Source: Escherichia phage vB_EcoM_VR25. Taken from it: a stretch of DNA of 64,000 nt. Position 1 is the stretch's first letter, and each line of letters starts with the position of its first letter. The stretch lies in the sequence record NC_028925.1. The stretch is one strand, 5' to 3'. A program made the position numbers and the translations under genes. Below are positions 8,955 to 19,197 of this stretch, piece after piece. The notes under the pieces were generated by a model, which was not told the origin of the DNA, made no database searches, and was given only the letters and a program-made list of their open reading frames with translations.

Positions 8955-9389
8955 TCATTTACCTGCCTCAAATTGTCTTATTTCTAACATATGTTTAAGC
9001 GCGAAACTTCGTGACTTAACACCATCTAATGCAGCGCTACAGAAGTCCTGGAGCAGTGCCCAATATTGAATTGAAGTATCAATCTTAAGCACGCTTGAAT
9101 CTGCAGCCATGACTGTTTTCAATTCTGACTTCTCGTACACATCCATGCATACTTCTTCCCCTGGGTCACCCCTTCCTGTATAATGGTCAAGCCTCTTTTT
9201 AAGAGCTGTTTTCTTCTGAATCTCAAGACGCATTATTTCTTTCTTGCAGTTAGTATACAATCTCAACCATTTGCTATGCAACAAAACGTTGTTTTGTGTT
9301 TCATATTGAATTTGTGTACCATCAATTTTTAAATCTGCATCCAACTCATCCTGAAATACTTCCAACTTATATTCAATCTCTGTTTTCAT
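8955..9389 (-). CDS. uvsY: UvsY recombination mediator
   Basis: Start at MKTEIEYK inside ORF 8955..9419; closely matches remembered T4 UvsY (…YSKWL…KSEMKTV…SLQYW…FCSGALD…AFEAGK). Confidence 0.9.
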   Translation of the reverse strand: MKTEIEYKLEVFQDELDADLKIDGTQIQYETQNNVLLHSKWLRLYTNCKKEIMRLEIQKKTALKKRLDHYTGRGDPGEEVCMDVYEKSELKTVMAADSSVLKIDTSIQYWALLQDFCSAALDGVKSRSFALKHMLEIRQFEAGK

Positions 9390-9417
9390 AATGTATCCAA
9401 TGTAAGGGTCTAGAACC

Positions 9418-9444
9418 ATTATACAGCCATAAAATTAAAGCATT
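9418..9444 (-). promoter_or_regulatory. MotA-dependent middle promoter upstream of uvsY
   Basis: Minus strand aaTGCTTTA-N12-TATAAT; uvsY is a known middle gene in T4. Confidence 0.6.
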
Positions 9445-9832
9445 AACCATTTTGACTTAACTGAATCCTGATTTGTTCGAGGGTGTCAGGGTCATCAACA
9501 ATGCTGAACTGAACCGTTACGATGATGGAGTTATCATCATACATAGGGACAACCGCAACCTGTAGATTGCTTATCCTTGGTTCGAAGTTCCGCACCGCGG
9601 AGACGATGTTGCGTTTAATAGTATCTGTGATTAATGGAGTGATATTCTCAAAAAGCTGATTACTTATATCACATCCAAATTCAGGCATAAAAGGCCTTGA
9701 CCCTTTTCTTGTGGTGATTATTCCCAGAAGACTGTTCTTAACAGACCTTGCACCAGTTACTTTAGCAACGTCTTTATCCCAACTCATTGACAAGTCGGGA
9801 GGCACATCGCTATACATTTTGTTTATATTCAT
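9443..9832 (-). CDS. 25: baseplate wedge subunit gp25
   Basis: 129 aa; gp25/GPW-family motif RPFMPEFG; synteny. Confidence 0.9.
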   Translation of the reverse strand: MNINKMYSDVPPDLSMSWDKDVAKVTGARSVKNSLLGIITTRKGSRPFMPEFGCDISNQLFENITPLITDTIKRNIVSAVRNFEPRISNLQVAVVPMYDDNSIIVTVQFSIVDDPDTLEQIRIQLSQNG

Positions 9833-10456
9833 TTACATAAACTTAAAGAATTCTTTAAGCCCCTTAATTACATGGACAGAATGCGCTCCACACTCACAAG
9901 AGATAGGAATAGCCATTTGGACCTGTGGCTTGAGAAGTTCTTCCGTTAGTGCATTGATATCATCGAGGGTAATTGCATTGTACAGGTCCTCGATTTCGGC
10001 CTCATTTAAGTCATCAACAACGATGCGCTCGCCGCCTTCCGTGATAATATATTCAATGCAACAAGCAATCATTTTTCCTTTATCACCGTCTTCAAACAGC
10101 CCAGGATAACGGAATTTGATTTTAAACGACCCGAAATCACGAATAACTTCAGACTCGTCCACGATGCTCGCACGGCTAATCGTTACCGGAATATCTTGTT
10201 CCTTTCCACACTCACATACCCATGTATGCTCGACGTTGACAGCTCCGAGACTATTTGCCCAGAGATTAATAAGAAGCAGTTCAGCTTCCTGTTTGTTTAA
10301 CCCTTTAGCATCAGTGCATTTATTAAGCAGTTCAATTATTGCAGGTTCCATACGCTTTTCTAATTTTGCCTGAAGCAAATCTTTATATTCGCGCAAGGTA
10401 AAAGCCCTACAATTTATAGTTTTATTTTTAATTTGGACAATAAATTCATAAGTCAT
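9833..10456 (-). CDS. 26: baseplate hub subunit gp26
   Basis: ORF 9833..10489; start probably the internal Met (MTYEF..., ~207 aa); synteny between 25 and 51. Confidence 0.75.
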   Translation of the reverse strand: MTYEFIVQIKNKTINCRAFTLREYKDLLQAKLEKRMEPAIIELLNKCTDAKGLNKQEAELLLINLWANSLGAVNVEHTWVCECGKEQDIPVTISRASIVDESEVIRDFGSFKIKFRYPGLFEDGDKGKMIACCIEYIITEGGERIVVDDLNEAEIEDLYNAITLDDINALTEELLKPQVQMAIPISCECGAHSVHVIKGLKEFFKFM

Positions 10457-10473
10457 AATTTGCTCCTTTACTG

Positions 10474-10485
10474 TATTTATAAATA
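10474..10485. promoter_or_regulatory. overlapping divergent late promoters (TATTTATAAATA) for gene 51 (+) and genes 26/25 (-)
   Basis: TATAAATA readable on both strands within a 12-bp palindrome between the divergent genes. Confidence 0.55.
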
Positions 10486-10509
10486 TCAATAAAGATAAAA
10501 GGGGATTCT

Positions 10510-11262
10510 ATGGCCAATATCGTAAGATGTGAAATGCCAGACGGAGTTCATCGTTTCAAACCGTTTACAGTCGCTGATTACCGTGATTTACTGCTTGTGC
10601 GAAACGACATGAACAACAAACCCGTCGAAGAACAAAAACAATTATTAGACGAACTGTTAGAAGATTATTTTGGAGAGTATCCGAAAGCATGGAGACCTTA
10701 CATATTCTTGAAGGTATTCACTTCCTCTATCGGCAAGACAAAAGTCCCGGTAGCGTTCGAATGTCAAAAATGTAAAAAGACAAAGCAGACTTTGTTTAAC
10801 ATGAGTCAAGGCCCATTGATAAATCCAACGATGGAAACCGCAGGGATAAAAATACAATTTAAGTTCCCTGAAATGGAATATAAAGATAAGTCGGAGCTTG
10901 TTCTAAACACCATCCAGACTGTCGAAGACTCAGAACAAAAGTACAATTGGGAAGACCTTCCTGAAGAAACGAAGATGCAGGTTATTGATGCCATTGATAT
11001 AGAGAGTCTCGAAGAGCTCCTTAAGAAAATGCACTCGATTTATCTTCCATTTACATATGGTTGTTGCGAAAAGCACAAAACCGAATACACTGACCTGCTT
11101 GATGTCTTTAAGCTCATCCTTAACCCGGATGAAGTCTTTATATTTTACCAAATTAACCACTTGCTGGTAAAGAATCAATATTCGCTGGATAGCATCATGC
11201 ACATGATTCCTATCGAACGAGGTATCGCTTTATCGTTAGTTGAGAAGGACTTGAAGAAATGA
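10510..11262 (+). CDS. 51: baseplate hub assembly protein gp51
   Basis: 250 aa; divergent from 26 with TATAAATA late promoter upstream; synteny. Confidence 0.8.
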   Translation: MANIVRCEMPDGVHRFKPFTVADYRDLLLVRNDMNNKPVEEQKQLLDELLEDYFGEYPKAWRPYIFLKVFTSSIGKTKVPVAFECQKCKKTKQTLFNMSQGPLINPTMETAGIKIQFKFPEMEYKDKSELVLNTIQTVEDSEQKYNWEDLPEETKMQVIDAIDIESLEELLKKMHSIYLPFTYGCCEKHKTEYTDLLDVFKLILNPDEVFIFYQINHLLVKNQYSLDSIMHMIPIERGIALSLVEKDLKK

Positions 11263-12428
11263 CAGCTAAATCTATGCAGCGCGAAGGCTTTCCTAATATC
11301 AGCATACGCCTTTACGAAGATTATGATGCCTGGCTTGAACACCGTTTTGTAGAACTGGCTGCAACATTTACAACGTTAACCATGCGTGATTCCCTTTATG
11401 GAAGAAACGAGGGGCTGTTGCAATTCTATGACACAAAGAACTTACATACAAAAATGAATGGCGAACAAATTATTCAGGTCTCCGTTAAGAATGCCAACTC
11501 AGACCGAACCCAATCCAGGATATACGGAAGCAAGCACTTTGCTGTTTCTGTGGATGCAAAGGGTGATAACATAATTACAATTCAACTGGCACCGATTCAT
11601 GAAATTGAGGACCTGAAATTTAGCCGTATGTTTTACCCGAGTGTACAAGAAACATTAGTCGAAATGACCGGGGTAATTTATCAGGACCGACCATTACTTG
11701 CTCCTCCGATAAACGGCATAAACGTTTATGCTCCTAATGTTCCATGGTGTGATTCGATGAACCAATATATGGAATTCATAAGGGAAGTAGGTCTTGCGGT
11801 TGAGTCTGATAAATTTGTATTTGTTTGGGAAGATATCGATGGCATAAGTATTCAGGATTATGAGTGGTTAACCACCCAAGAGCCGATTAATTTTGTGGTA
11901 GGAGAACCTCGATTGGTTGGTCAGTTTGTACAAAACCTCGAGACTCCGTTAGCCTTCGATTTTGAATGGTTAACAAAAGCAAACCAACATACAAGAAAAC
12001 CATATGAAAACGCAACCGTGTACGCGCATTCATTCCTTGACAAGAATGCAACCAGAATAACTTTTGGGGAAGGACAAAACAGCATTCTGGTATCTCGTTC
12101 CGGGGGCTATTCGGATTACACATACCGAAATGGTTTCGAGGAAGCACAACGATTAATAACCATGTCTCAATATGATGGTTACGCGCACTGCAAAACATAC
12201 GGGAACTTTGAATTAACCCCGGGTGATAAGATTAACTTCTATGACCCGAAGAACCAATTCAAATATGATTTTTACGTAGACGAAGTTATTCATGAAGTGA
12301 GTAACAATACATCAATTACAAACCTCTATATGTTTACCAATGGTAAGCCTATCGAAGTTGAAGAACCACCGAAGGTTAAAAATGAACTTAAAACTGATTC
12401 TGCCGACGAAGAAAATACAGCTGGGTGA
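11259..12428 (+). CDS. 27: baseplate hub subunit gp27
   Basis: 389 aa; 4-nt overlap with gene 51; size and synteny as T4 gp27. Confidence 0.85.
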   Translation: MTAKSMQREGFPNISIRLYEDYDAWLEHRFVELAATFTTLTMRDSLYGRNEGLLQFYDTKNLHTKMNGEQIIQVSVKNANSDRTQSRIYGSKHFAVSVDAKGDNIITIQLAPIHEIEDLKFSRMFYPSVQETLVEMTGVIYQDRPLLAPPINGINVYAPNVPWCDSMNQYMEFIREVGLAVESDKFVFVWEDIDGISIQDYEWLTTQEPINFVVGEPRLVGQFVQNLETPLAFDFEWLTKANQHTRKPYENATVYAHSFLDKNATRITFGEGQNSILVSRSGGYSDYTYRNGFEEAQRLITMSQYDGYAHCKTYGNFELTPGDKINFYDPKNQFKYDFYVDEVIHEVSNNTSITNLYMFTNGKPIEVEEPPKVKNELKTDSADEENTAG

Positions 12429-12900
12429 TAAAGAGATTCACGTTCCTAAGCTTGGACTCAAGCATCACAATCTGATTAAAAACGAGGCCAACCCTTACGC
12501 TGCATTAAGAAAGGTTATGCAATCGATATTCCCTAATCTTACGGCAGCCGAATCCGACTTTGTATCCTTACATCTTCTGGAATTCAATGGCAAGCTAAAA
12601 GACAAACGCGAGATTAATGGATTTACATATAAGCTGGACGATGTTTATATCTGCCAACGTCTTGAATTCTCTTATCAAGGAAAGACATTTAAATTCCGCT
12701 CGAATAAACCGTATGAAGAATTCGGGCCAGTTGACAATCTTCTGGAGACTCTTTATCTCGGGGAAGATGTTCCAGACTTTCTGGATATGCCTGCTTTTGT
12801 TGCTAAGTGGGCAGACGATATCACAAGCACATTAGCAATCCCGGGCCCGAATGGTCCTGTTAAGGGGTTACTGAAAATAATGGAACTCCTAAATGAATAA
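12382..12900 (+). CDS. 28: baseplate hub distal subunit gp28
   Basis: ORF 12340..12900; start probably internal Met (MNLKLIL), overlapping 3' end of gene 27; synteny. Confidence 0.75.
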   Translation: MNLKLILPTKKIQLGDKEIHVPKLGLKHHNLIKNEANPYAALRKVMQSIFPNLTAAESDFVSLHLLEFNGKLKDKREINGFTYKLDDVYICQRLEFSYQGKTFKFRSNKPYEEFGPVDNLLETLYLGEDVPDFLDMPAFVAKWADDITSTLAIPGPNGPVKGLLKIMELLNE

Positions 12901-14638
12901 GAACTCCGAACAAACGAGCTTCAGACGCGGTGGACCGAATAAAAAGCTTATCGAAGAATTAGCACCACAAAGGAGGGCGGAAGCCCTCTCTGCTGAACAG
13001 AATGATGAACTATCGAATCTGAATACGACTCTTACAAATACTCAGGCTGCGACCGAACTTGTATCGGAAGCTATTGAGGATAAGGGTAATCAGATTATCG
13101 AGAATATCCAAACCAATAATGGAGTCCTCCAGGATATCAGTGCCGGGGTCGAACTGACGGCTGAAGCCACCGAGAAGACTCAACAAGGGATTAAAAACCT
13201 CACGGATATTCTCTCGGATAAGCTCGACAAACTCAGCGCAATGATAAGCGGTAAAATAGGCGTCACGTCTCCTGTGGCTGGTTCTGAAAGCCTTAAACCC
13301 GTTGAGGATGCATTACCAGAGCCTGAAGAGAATAAGCCCACAGCGAGCGTTCCAGCGCTTATACCACCCGAAGAACAAAAGCCAGATGCAGACTTCATAC
13401 CGGAACCGGAGCAGCCAAAGAATGATGCAGAAGGTAAAGAGACTAACACTTGGTCTCTCGGCGATAAGCTTGACACTCTTTCGAAGATAACCGAAAAAGG
13501 ATTTAAGGCATCGGTTTCTGTAGCCGACCGAATCTCAGGGATGCTGTTCAAATACACAATAACTGCGGCAGCAGAAGCAGCTAAATTAATAGGCGGATTA
13601 TTGTTGTTGGTATTCGGTATCGATGCAATACGAGTTTACTTCCAATATTTTATGAAGCAATTTGAAGCTGGTTGGAAAGAATTTAATGATAAGTTCAAAG
13701 AGTGGGGGCCGTTACTCGAAGGATTAATGACTTGGGCTAAGAATGCTGAAGCTATGTTTAGTGAAAGAAATTGGCTTGGGCTGGCAGAAGCTATTATCCG
13801 TGGAATGGTTAACTTAACGAAGAATATGGCTCAACTTCTTATGCTTGGTATTTCAAAATTAATCTCGGCTATCTTAAGTAAAATCCCTGGGATGGGTGAC
13901 CTGGCAGATAATGTGGAAGCCTCTGCGTTGATGTCTTATCAGCAAAACACGGGCGCAGCCCTTGATGATGAAGACCAAACGAAGATAGCTAAGTATCACG
14001 ATAAACGTTCGGCCGAAGCAATGAAAACTGCGGAGAAGATGAATAAGAAGTATAAGGATAAACCTGAACTGATTAATCAAGCCGAAAAATATGGCAATCT
14101 TACCAAGGAACAAGCTGACCAGCTTCGTGCGGGTGGTATTGACACAAGCTTCAGAGACCTTCCAGAAGAAGAACGTCTGGACTATTTCAAGAAGCGTGAT
14201 AAAACCCAAGCCGATATTATTCGTTTAACCCAGACTGCAGATAACTTAATGAAGCCAGATGCAACCGATAAAAAGAATGCTGAAGCCTCATATAAAGCAA
14301 TCCAGGAACAGTTGGCTGACCCTGTTATGGCAAAAGGTGGAGCCCCGAAAGACCTTAATATGCATGCCCTCCTGGAAAAACTCGATAAGTCTCTTGAGAA
14401 GTTCAAAGACGAACCGAAAGTTAAACCACCTGATGTTAAGGCTTCTCCGGATGCACAACAAGCTGCGAAGGTTGACGAAGGCATGAAGGCCAAAGAAAAT
14501 AAATACAAGGATGCACCAGCTAATGCGCAAATTAACACGGTCAATAATATTCAGAAGACTTCCAGGACGCAATACAATATGCCTCCTCAAAGTTCAACCC
14601 CTGCCCCTGGCATGAGACAGGCCACGAGAATTAACTAA
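12893..14638 (+). CDS. 29: baseplate hub subunit / tail length determinant gp29
   Basis: 581 aa, coiled-coil/low-complexity rich; size and synteny. Confidence 0.8.
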   Translation: MNKNSEQTSFRRGGPNKKLIEELAPQRRAEALSAEQNDELSNLNTTLTNTQAATELVSEAIEDKGNQIIENIQTNNGVLQDISAGVELTAEATEKTQQGIKNLTDILSDKLDKLSAMISGKIGVTSPVAGSESLKPVEDALPEPEENKPTASVPALIPPEEQKPDADFIPEPEQPKNDAEGKETNTWSLGDKLDTLSKITEKGFKASVSVADRISGMLFKYTITAAAEAAKLIGGLLLLVFGIDAIRVYFQYFMKQFEAGWKEFNDKFKEWGPLLEGLMTWAKNAEAMFSERNWLGLAEAIIRGMVNLTKNMAQLLMLGISKLISAILSKIPGMGDLADNVEASALMSYQQNTGAALDDEDQTKIAKYHDKRSAEAMKTAEKMNKKYKDKPELINQAEKYGNLTKEQADQLRAGGIDTSFRDLPEEERLDYFKKRDKTQADIIRLTQTADNLMKPDATDKKNAEASYKAIQEQLADPVMAKGGAPKDLNMHALLEKLDKSLEKFKDEPKVKPPDVKASPDAQQAAKVDEGMKAKENKYKDAPANAQINTVNNIQKTSRTQYNMPPQSSTPAPGMRQATRIN

Positions 14639-14646
14639 GGAATAAC

Positions 14647-15747
14647 ATGAAAGTAAAAGAACTCGATTTCGATTTAGATATTGCGGGTTTATTTAACGGA
14701 GGTTCTAAGACCTCCGCTGGGCAGTCAAAAGCTGCCCAGACTCAAGCTACTATTGTGGCGCAATATCCAGCAGAACGAGCTTCCGGTAATGATTCTTCAG
14801 ATGATATGCGAGTTAATGACCTTTATAAAAATGGTCTGTTATTCACGGCATACAATTTCAGTTCAAGAACATCTCCGGAATTACGCTCAGACCGGTCAAG
14901 CCAATTGACTTCATTAAAGAAAGTTTCCAATGGTGCTTCATTTAACCCGGTTAAAAGTTTAACATCTTTTGCTAAATCAAAATTAACCGGCTCCGGTTCA
15001 ACAGGTAAAAGTTTTGATTCGAACGCTGTTGCAAATATCCTGTTGCCTCGTTCGAAGTCTGATGTAGAATCCGTATCGCATCGATTCAATGATGTTGGCG
15101 AATCTCTTGTTACGAAAGGCGGCGGCTCAGCCACTGGTATTCTTAGTAACATCGCATCGACTGCAGTTTTTGGCGCGCTCGAATCAGTTACAAACGGTGT
15201 AATGGCCGACCATGGCGAACAGATTTACACAACGGCAAGAAGCATGTATGCTGGTCCGGATAACAGGACAAAAGTTTACACATGGGAAATGACTCCACGT
15301 AGCGCGCAAGACTTAATCCAGATAGTGAAGATATACGAGATTTTCAACTATTATTCTTATGGTGAAACTGGTAAAAGCTCCTTTGCTTCCGAGCTGAAAG
15401 ATAAAATCGATACGTGGTATAAATCCACCTTCAAAAAGGAAGCAATCGATAACTTTGATGGTAAGTTGCTCGGTGAAGAGATAACAAGCTTCTTAACGAA
15501 CGTTCTGGTGGTCTCTAACCCTACTATCTGGTATATCCGCAACTTCGGTGATACAAGCTCATACGATGGCCGTGGGGAGCTATTTGGGCCATGTCAGATT
15601 CAGAGCATAAGATTCGATAAATCTCCGGATGGTCATTTCGGTGGATTAGCTATTGCTCCTAACCTGCCATCGACTTTTGTACTTGAAATCACTTTCCGTG
15701 AAATCATTACGCTTAACCGTGGCTCATTATATGCGGAAGGTTTCTAA
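14647..15747 (+). CDS. 48: baseplate tail-tube junction protein gp48
   Basis: 366 aa; size and synteny. Confidence 0.8.
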   Translation: MKVKELDFDLDIAGLFNGGSKTSAGQSKAAQTQATIVAQYPAERASGNDSSDDMRVNDLYKNGLLFTAYNFSSRTSPELRSDRSSQLTSLKKVSNGASFNPVKSLTSFAKSKLTGSGSTGKSFDSNAVANILLPRSKSDVESVSHRFNDVGESLVTKGGGSATGILSNIASTAVFGALESVTNGVMADHGEQIYTTARSMYAGPDNRTKVYTWEMTPRSAQDLIQIVKIYEIFNYYSYGETGKSSFASELKDKIDTWYKSTFKKEAIDNFDGKLLGEEITSFLTNVLVVSNPTIWYIRNFGDTSSYDGRGELFGPCQIQSIRFDKSPDGHFGGLAIAPNLPSTFVLEITFREIITLNRGSLYAEGF

Positions 15748-16706
15748 TGTTTACTTTACAAGAATTTCAAACACAAGCGATTAATATCGACTTGCAGAGG
15801 AATAACCTTTTTAGCGTGGTCTTCGCGACCGCGCCTTCCTCTAAATCTCAGAATCTATTGGACCAGTTCGGTGGTGCGTTATTCAGTAACCTTCCTGTTA
15901 ACTCGGATTGGTTTGGTTTAACGCAAGGCGACTTAACCCAGGGAATAACAACTCTTGTTACTGCCGGGACACAAAAGCTTATTCGTAAATCAGGGATAAG
16001 CAAATATCTTATAGGGGCAATGAGTAACCGTGTTGTGCAATCATTATTAGGGGAATTTGAGGTTGGTACTTACCTGCTTGATTTCTTTAATATGGCTTAT
16101 CCAACTGCTGGGCTATTAGTTCACTCCGTTAAGCTTCCGGACAACACATTGAACTACGAAATGGACCTTAACCATAACGCGCCAAATATCAAGATAACAG
16201 GGAGAGAATATTCTCCGTTGGTATTAAGCTTTAGAATGGATTCAGAGGCAGGGAACTTCAGAGCATTTAACGATTGGGTTAACTCTGTACAGGACCCAGT
16301 TACCCAGCTAAGGGCTTTGCCTGAAGATGTTGAAGCAGATATTCAGGTCAACCTTCACTCACGTAATGGATTGCCACACACGGTTGTTATGTTAACTGGT
16401 TGTGTTCCTGTAAGTGTATCTGCACCTGAATTGAGTTATGAAGGGGATAATCAGATAGCTACATTTGATGTGACTTTTGCTTATCGCGTTATGTCAACTG
16501 GGGCGGTGGGAAGAAATGCTGCATTAGAATGGTTAGAAGATAAGGTTATTAAGGGTGTATCTGGTATTAGTTCAGATAACAACTTGAACGCAGAAGTTGC
16601 CAAATTGAGTCGCCTGTCTGGTGCCCAATCTGGATTAACAAGTCTGTACAATACGTTCACTGGTTCTGGGAGAGCAGTCTCTGGTGGAAGTCAACGTATA
16701 TTATAA
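15747..16706 (+). CDS. 54: baseplate tail-tube initiator gp54
   Basis: 319 aa; size and synteny; followed by strong hairpin terminator. Confidence 0.8.
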   Translation: MFTLQEFQTQAINIDLQRNNLFSVVFATAPSSKSQNLLDQFGGALFSNLPVNSDWFGLTQGDLTQGITTLVTAGTQKLIRKSGISKYLIGAMSNRVVQSLLGEFEVGTYLLDFFNMAYPTAGLLVHSVKLPDNTLNYEMDLNHNAPNIKITGREYSPLVLSFRMDSEAGNFRAFNDWVNSVQDPVTQLRALPEDVEADIQVNLHSRNGLPHTVVMLTGCVPVSVSAPELSYEGDNQIATFDVTFAYRVMSTGAVGRNAALEWLEDKVIKGVSGISSDNNLNAEVAKLSRLSGAQSGLTSLYNTFTGSGRAVSGGSQRIL

Positions 16707-16713
16707 AAAGAAA

Positions 16714-16738
16714 GGGACCCGAAGGTCCCTTTTTTATT
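16714..16738. terminator. hairpin terminator after gene 54 (gggacc cgaa ggtccc + T-tract)
   Basis: 6-bp GC stem, tetraloop, TTTTTTATTT downstream; A-run upstream. Confidence 0.75.
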
Positions 16739-17057
16739 TGCGGAATGAAATGAAACCTGCTACAGTCATTACAGCTTCTTTCTTAACAAAGACTGTAATC
16801 GCAATTGGTGCTTCAGATTCAAGCTGTCCAGTTACTATACCATTAAAAATATTTTCTGTTTGTTCAGAATTTACAAAGTTTTCAACAGGGCGAAGGTCGA
16901 ACTTCTTATCTTCACCAAATACACGTCGTAATTCATTACCCACTGCGCTGTCAAACTCTTCTGAAGCTGGGATAACATTCTCAACTACCAGTTCCTGACC
17001 ATTAAAGCGAAAAGATGATTTCATTTTGTTTTCCTCATGTGCAATTGATATGAACAT
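16734..17057 (-). CDS. hypothetical protein (alt.-x position)
   Basis: 107 aa ORF downstream of alt; start may be the internal Met MKSSF. Confidence 0.45.
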   Translation of the reverse strand: MFISIAHEENKMKSSFRFNGQELVVENVIPASEEFDSAVGNELRRVFGEDKKFDLRPVENFVNSEQTENIFNGIVTGQLESEAPIAITVFVKKEAVMTVAGFISFRK

Positions 17058-17087
17058 TGTATCGCACTTCCTTGTGCTTGTAAACCC

Positions 17088-19139
17088 CTACGAAAGGAAT
17101 TTAGGAGGAATACTTTCCAAATTAATACAACTAGCAAGAATACCAAGGCCTTGGTTGACTTTCTTCGTCACCCTGGAGGATGCAAACGATGCGAAGTCAA
17201 CAGATTCTTCTGGTTCCTCGCCTTTATAAACGACAAGCTCGCCAGTTTCCATCAACACATCACCATCATAGATAACTGCATTTTCATCCAGTTGGTCAGT
17301 GGTCTGAATGTCAGCTTCCAGCATTTTGACGTTCGCATTTCCTTGATACGACGCATCCGTAATTTTTGTAATCTTAACTATAGTTCCACGAGGAAGAATA
17401 ACTTCTTGCTCGGTCGGGTTTCCTGACAATTCACCAGGAACAATTACGTTAATTAAGTCCGCTCCAGAAATTTTCCAACCGACATGCATCATTACGTGGT
17501 CGCGGCGGGCATCCGGCATATCTGGTAAAACAATTTCGTCATCAGCCTGGAAAGATGTCCCATCACGATAGTCCTGATGAACTGCGGCCATAGCAACGTT
17601 CGCCACCCAGCCACCAAAGATAATCGGTTTAAACGACGTTGATACATAGTTCCTGAAATAAAATAATTTAGATTTCTTAATTTTATCAAATGTAGGAACG
17701 TTTAAATATTGACCACGCCAAAGAGTTGTATTAGGCGGCAACTTATGTCCAATTTCAAAGGCCGAATCCAATTCCTTAATTGTTTCGACAACTCTGTCTA
17801 GATTTAGGAATTCAGCTTCTTCTTCATAATATTTGCCCATCAAATAATTATTAATATCGGCATAGTTTGCTCCACAATAATCTGCAATTGCTTCTCGCTG
17901 GCCATAATGGAAACGGTTGTCAGTATACCCTGCTGTGAAATTAAGAGTATTTTCTGATGCTTCTTCGGCAAAGTCTTTAACTGCAACACGAATGGCGCTT
18001 GTGTATTCTTTTTCCCAGAGCGAGGCTGCATAAGTGGCTGCATCCAGGTTAGGAGGAGCATCATTCATTTTTCTTTCGATAAATGCGGCTTTGCGAAGGT
18101 TAAGAATCTCTGCGCATGATTCGGCAAAAATCTGCATCTGCTTCATGCTACCAACTGGGGCACGTTTAAGTTCACGATGCATACGGTTAAAAATTGGGTC
18201 AGTGTCTTCAACACGAATTTCTTCTTTCCAAACACCATTTGCTCGCATAGCCGTATCCGCGGCGCGCATACGAGCCATAGTATTCGTTTCAGAAGGCCGG
18301 ACGAAAATTTCCAGTTCTTCGGCATCATCAATTAATTCAGCAGTTGCAGGTCGACTAAATTTAGCAGCTTCTGCATCAATTTCGTCCCAACCTTCTGGCA
18401 CGGAATCACTTGGTGCGTACTGGGCTTGTGCAATAGCTCGGCGACTGATTTTAGTTTTCTGTGCAACAGAAGCATCAGTCTTTTTGTTTGCGGCATCAAT
18501 CAGAACTTCGGCTGCAATTTCTTGTTTGGAGACTTGTGCACCGTTATCTTTATTAGTGAATACGTCGCCAACTTTTGTTGTGACTTTTTGATATTTCTCA
18601 GGGACTGGTGGCATACCATCAACCGAAAGTAAGTCAACCCCCTTTTTGTACATAATTACATAAGCGTTCTTTTTACCGAGACCAGATGCATTCGGAAGAA
18701 CATGATAACGCCCGGAAGTTTTCATTTGAATCAGTCGATTCATAATACGAATAACAGCTTGCTCTTGACCTTTCATCTTTTTGGAGGGGAAACGGAACAA
18801 GACTACATCAGGTTTGCCTAGCTTAATACTTTCCCAGACTGTGGTAAAAATCAGGTTAATCGCATCAAGAGGTTTTTCACCTAGGCCGCCTTTCAGAGGA
18901 ACAGCATGACCATGTGAAGTCCCGGATAACAGGAATACCTCAGCAATTGCATCACCGCGTTTATATTGTTTAACTGTTTCTTTACCCGTGAATTGCATCA
19001 AACGAGCCATAAGAGAATTGGTCCCAGGAACACCGAATTGCCACACCTGTGGGACCTTGTATTTCGGGTTCATATTAATGACAGGATAACCGAAGACTTC
19101 GATATATTTGTCAAAGAGTTCATTTAATTGTTCAGACAT
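17088..19139 (-). CDS. alt: Alt ADP-ribosyltransferase (packaged, modifies host RNA polymerase)
   Basis: 683 aa (T4 Alt remembered as ~682); C-terminal R-S-E ART signature elements (YVSTSF, EQEVILPRG); TATAAATA late promoter upstream on minus strand. Confidence 0.8.
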   Translation of the reverse strand: MSEQLNELFDKYIEVFGYPVINMNPKYKVPQVWQFGVPGTNSLMARLMQFTGKETVKQYKRGDAIAEVFLLSGTSHGHAVPLKGGLGEKPLDAINLIFTTVWESIKLGKPDVVLFRFPSKKMKGQEQAVIRIMNRLIQMKTSGRYHVLPNASGLGKKNAYVIMYKKGVDLLSVDGMPPVPEKYQKVTTKVGDVFTNKDNGAQVSKQEIAAEVLIDAANKKTDASVAQKTKISRRAIAQAQYAPSDSVPEGWDEIDAEAAKFSRPATAELIDDAEELEIFVRPSETNTMARMRAADTAMRANGVWKEEIRVEDTDPIFNRMHRELKRAPVGSMKQMQIFAESCAEILNLRKAAFIERKMNDAPPNLDAATYAASLWEKEYTSAIRVAVKDFAEEASENTLNFTAGYTDNRFHYGQREAIADYCGANYADINNYLMGKYYEEEAEFLNLDRVVETIKELDSAFEIGHKLPPNTTLWRGQYLNVPTFDKIKKSKLFYFRNYVSTSFKPIIFGGWVANVAMAAVHQDYRDGTSFQADDEIVLPDMPDARRDHVMMHVGWKISGADLINVIVPGELSGNPTEQEVILPRGTIVKITKITDASYQGNANVKMLEADIQTTDQLDENAVIYDGDVLMETGELVVYKGEEPEESVDFASFASSRVTKKVNQGLGILASCINLESIPPKFLS

Positions 19140-19164
19140 AATAGGTTCCTTATAAAATATGATG

Positions 19165-19172
19165 TATTTATA
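19165..19172 (-). promoter_or_regulatory. late promoter TATAAATA upstream of alt
   Basis: Exact TATAAATA on minus strand ~25 nt upstream of alt start. Confidence 0.6.
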
Positions 19173-19180
19173 CTAAAAAA

Positions 19181-19192
19181 GGGCCGAAGCCC
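19181..19192 (-). terminator. hairpin terminator after DNA ligase gene (gggccgaagccc + T-tract on minus strand)
   Basis: Stem-loop followed by TTTTTTAG on minus strand. Confidence 0.6.
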
Positions 19193-19197
19193 TTTTG

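Noticed and set aside
13180-14590. Several 100-125-aa minus-strand ORFs inside gene 29
   Set aside because: All antisense to the long, syntenic gp29 ORF; none has a promoter or RBS context.
18034-18591. 185-aa plus-strand ORF
   Set aside because: Antisense to the alt gene; Ser/Ala/Arg-rich low-complexity translation typical of an out-of-frame reading.
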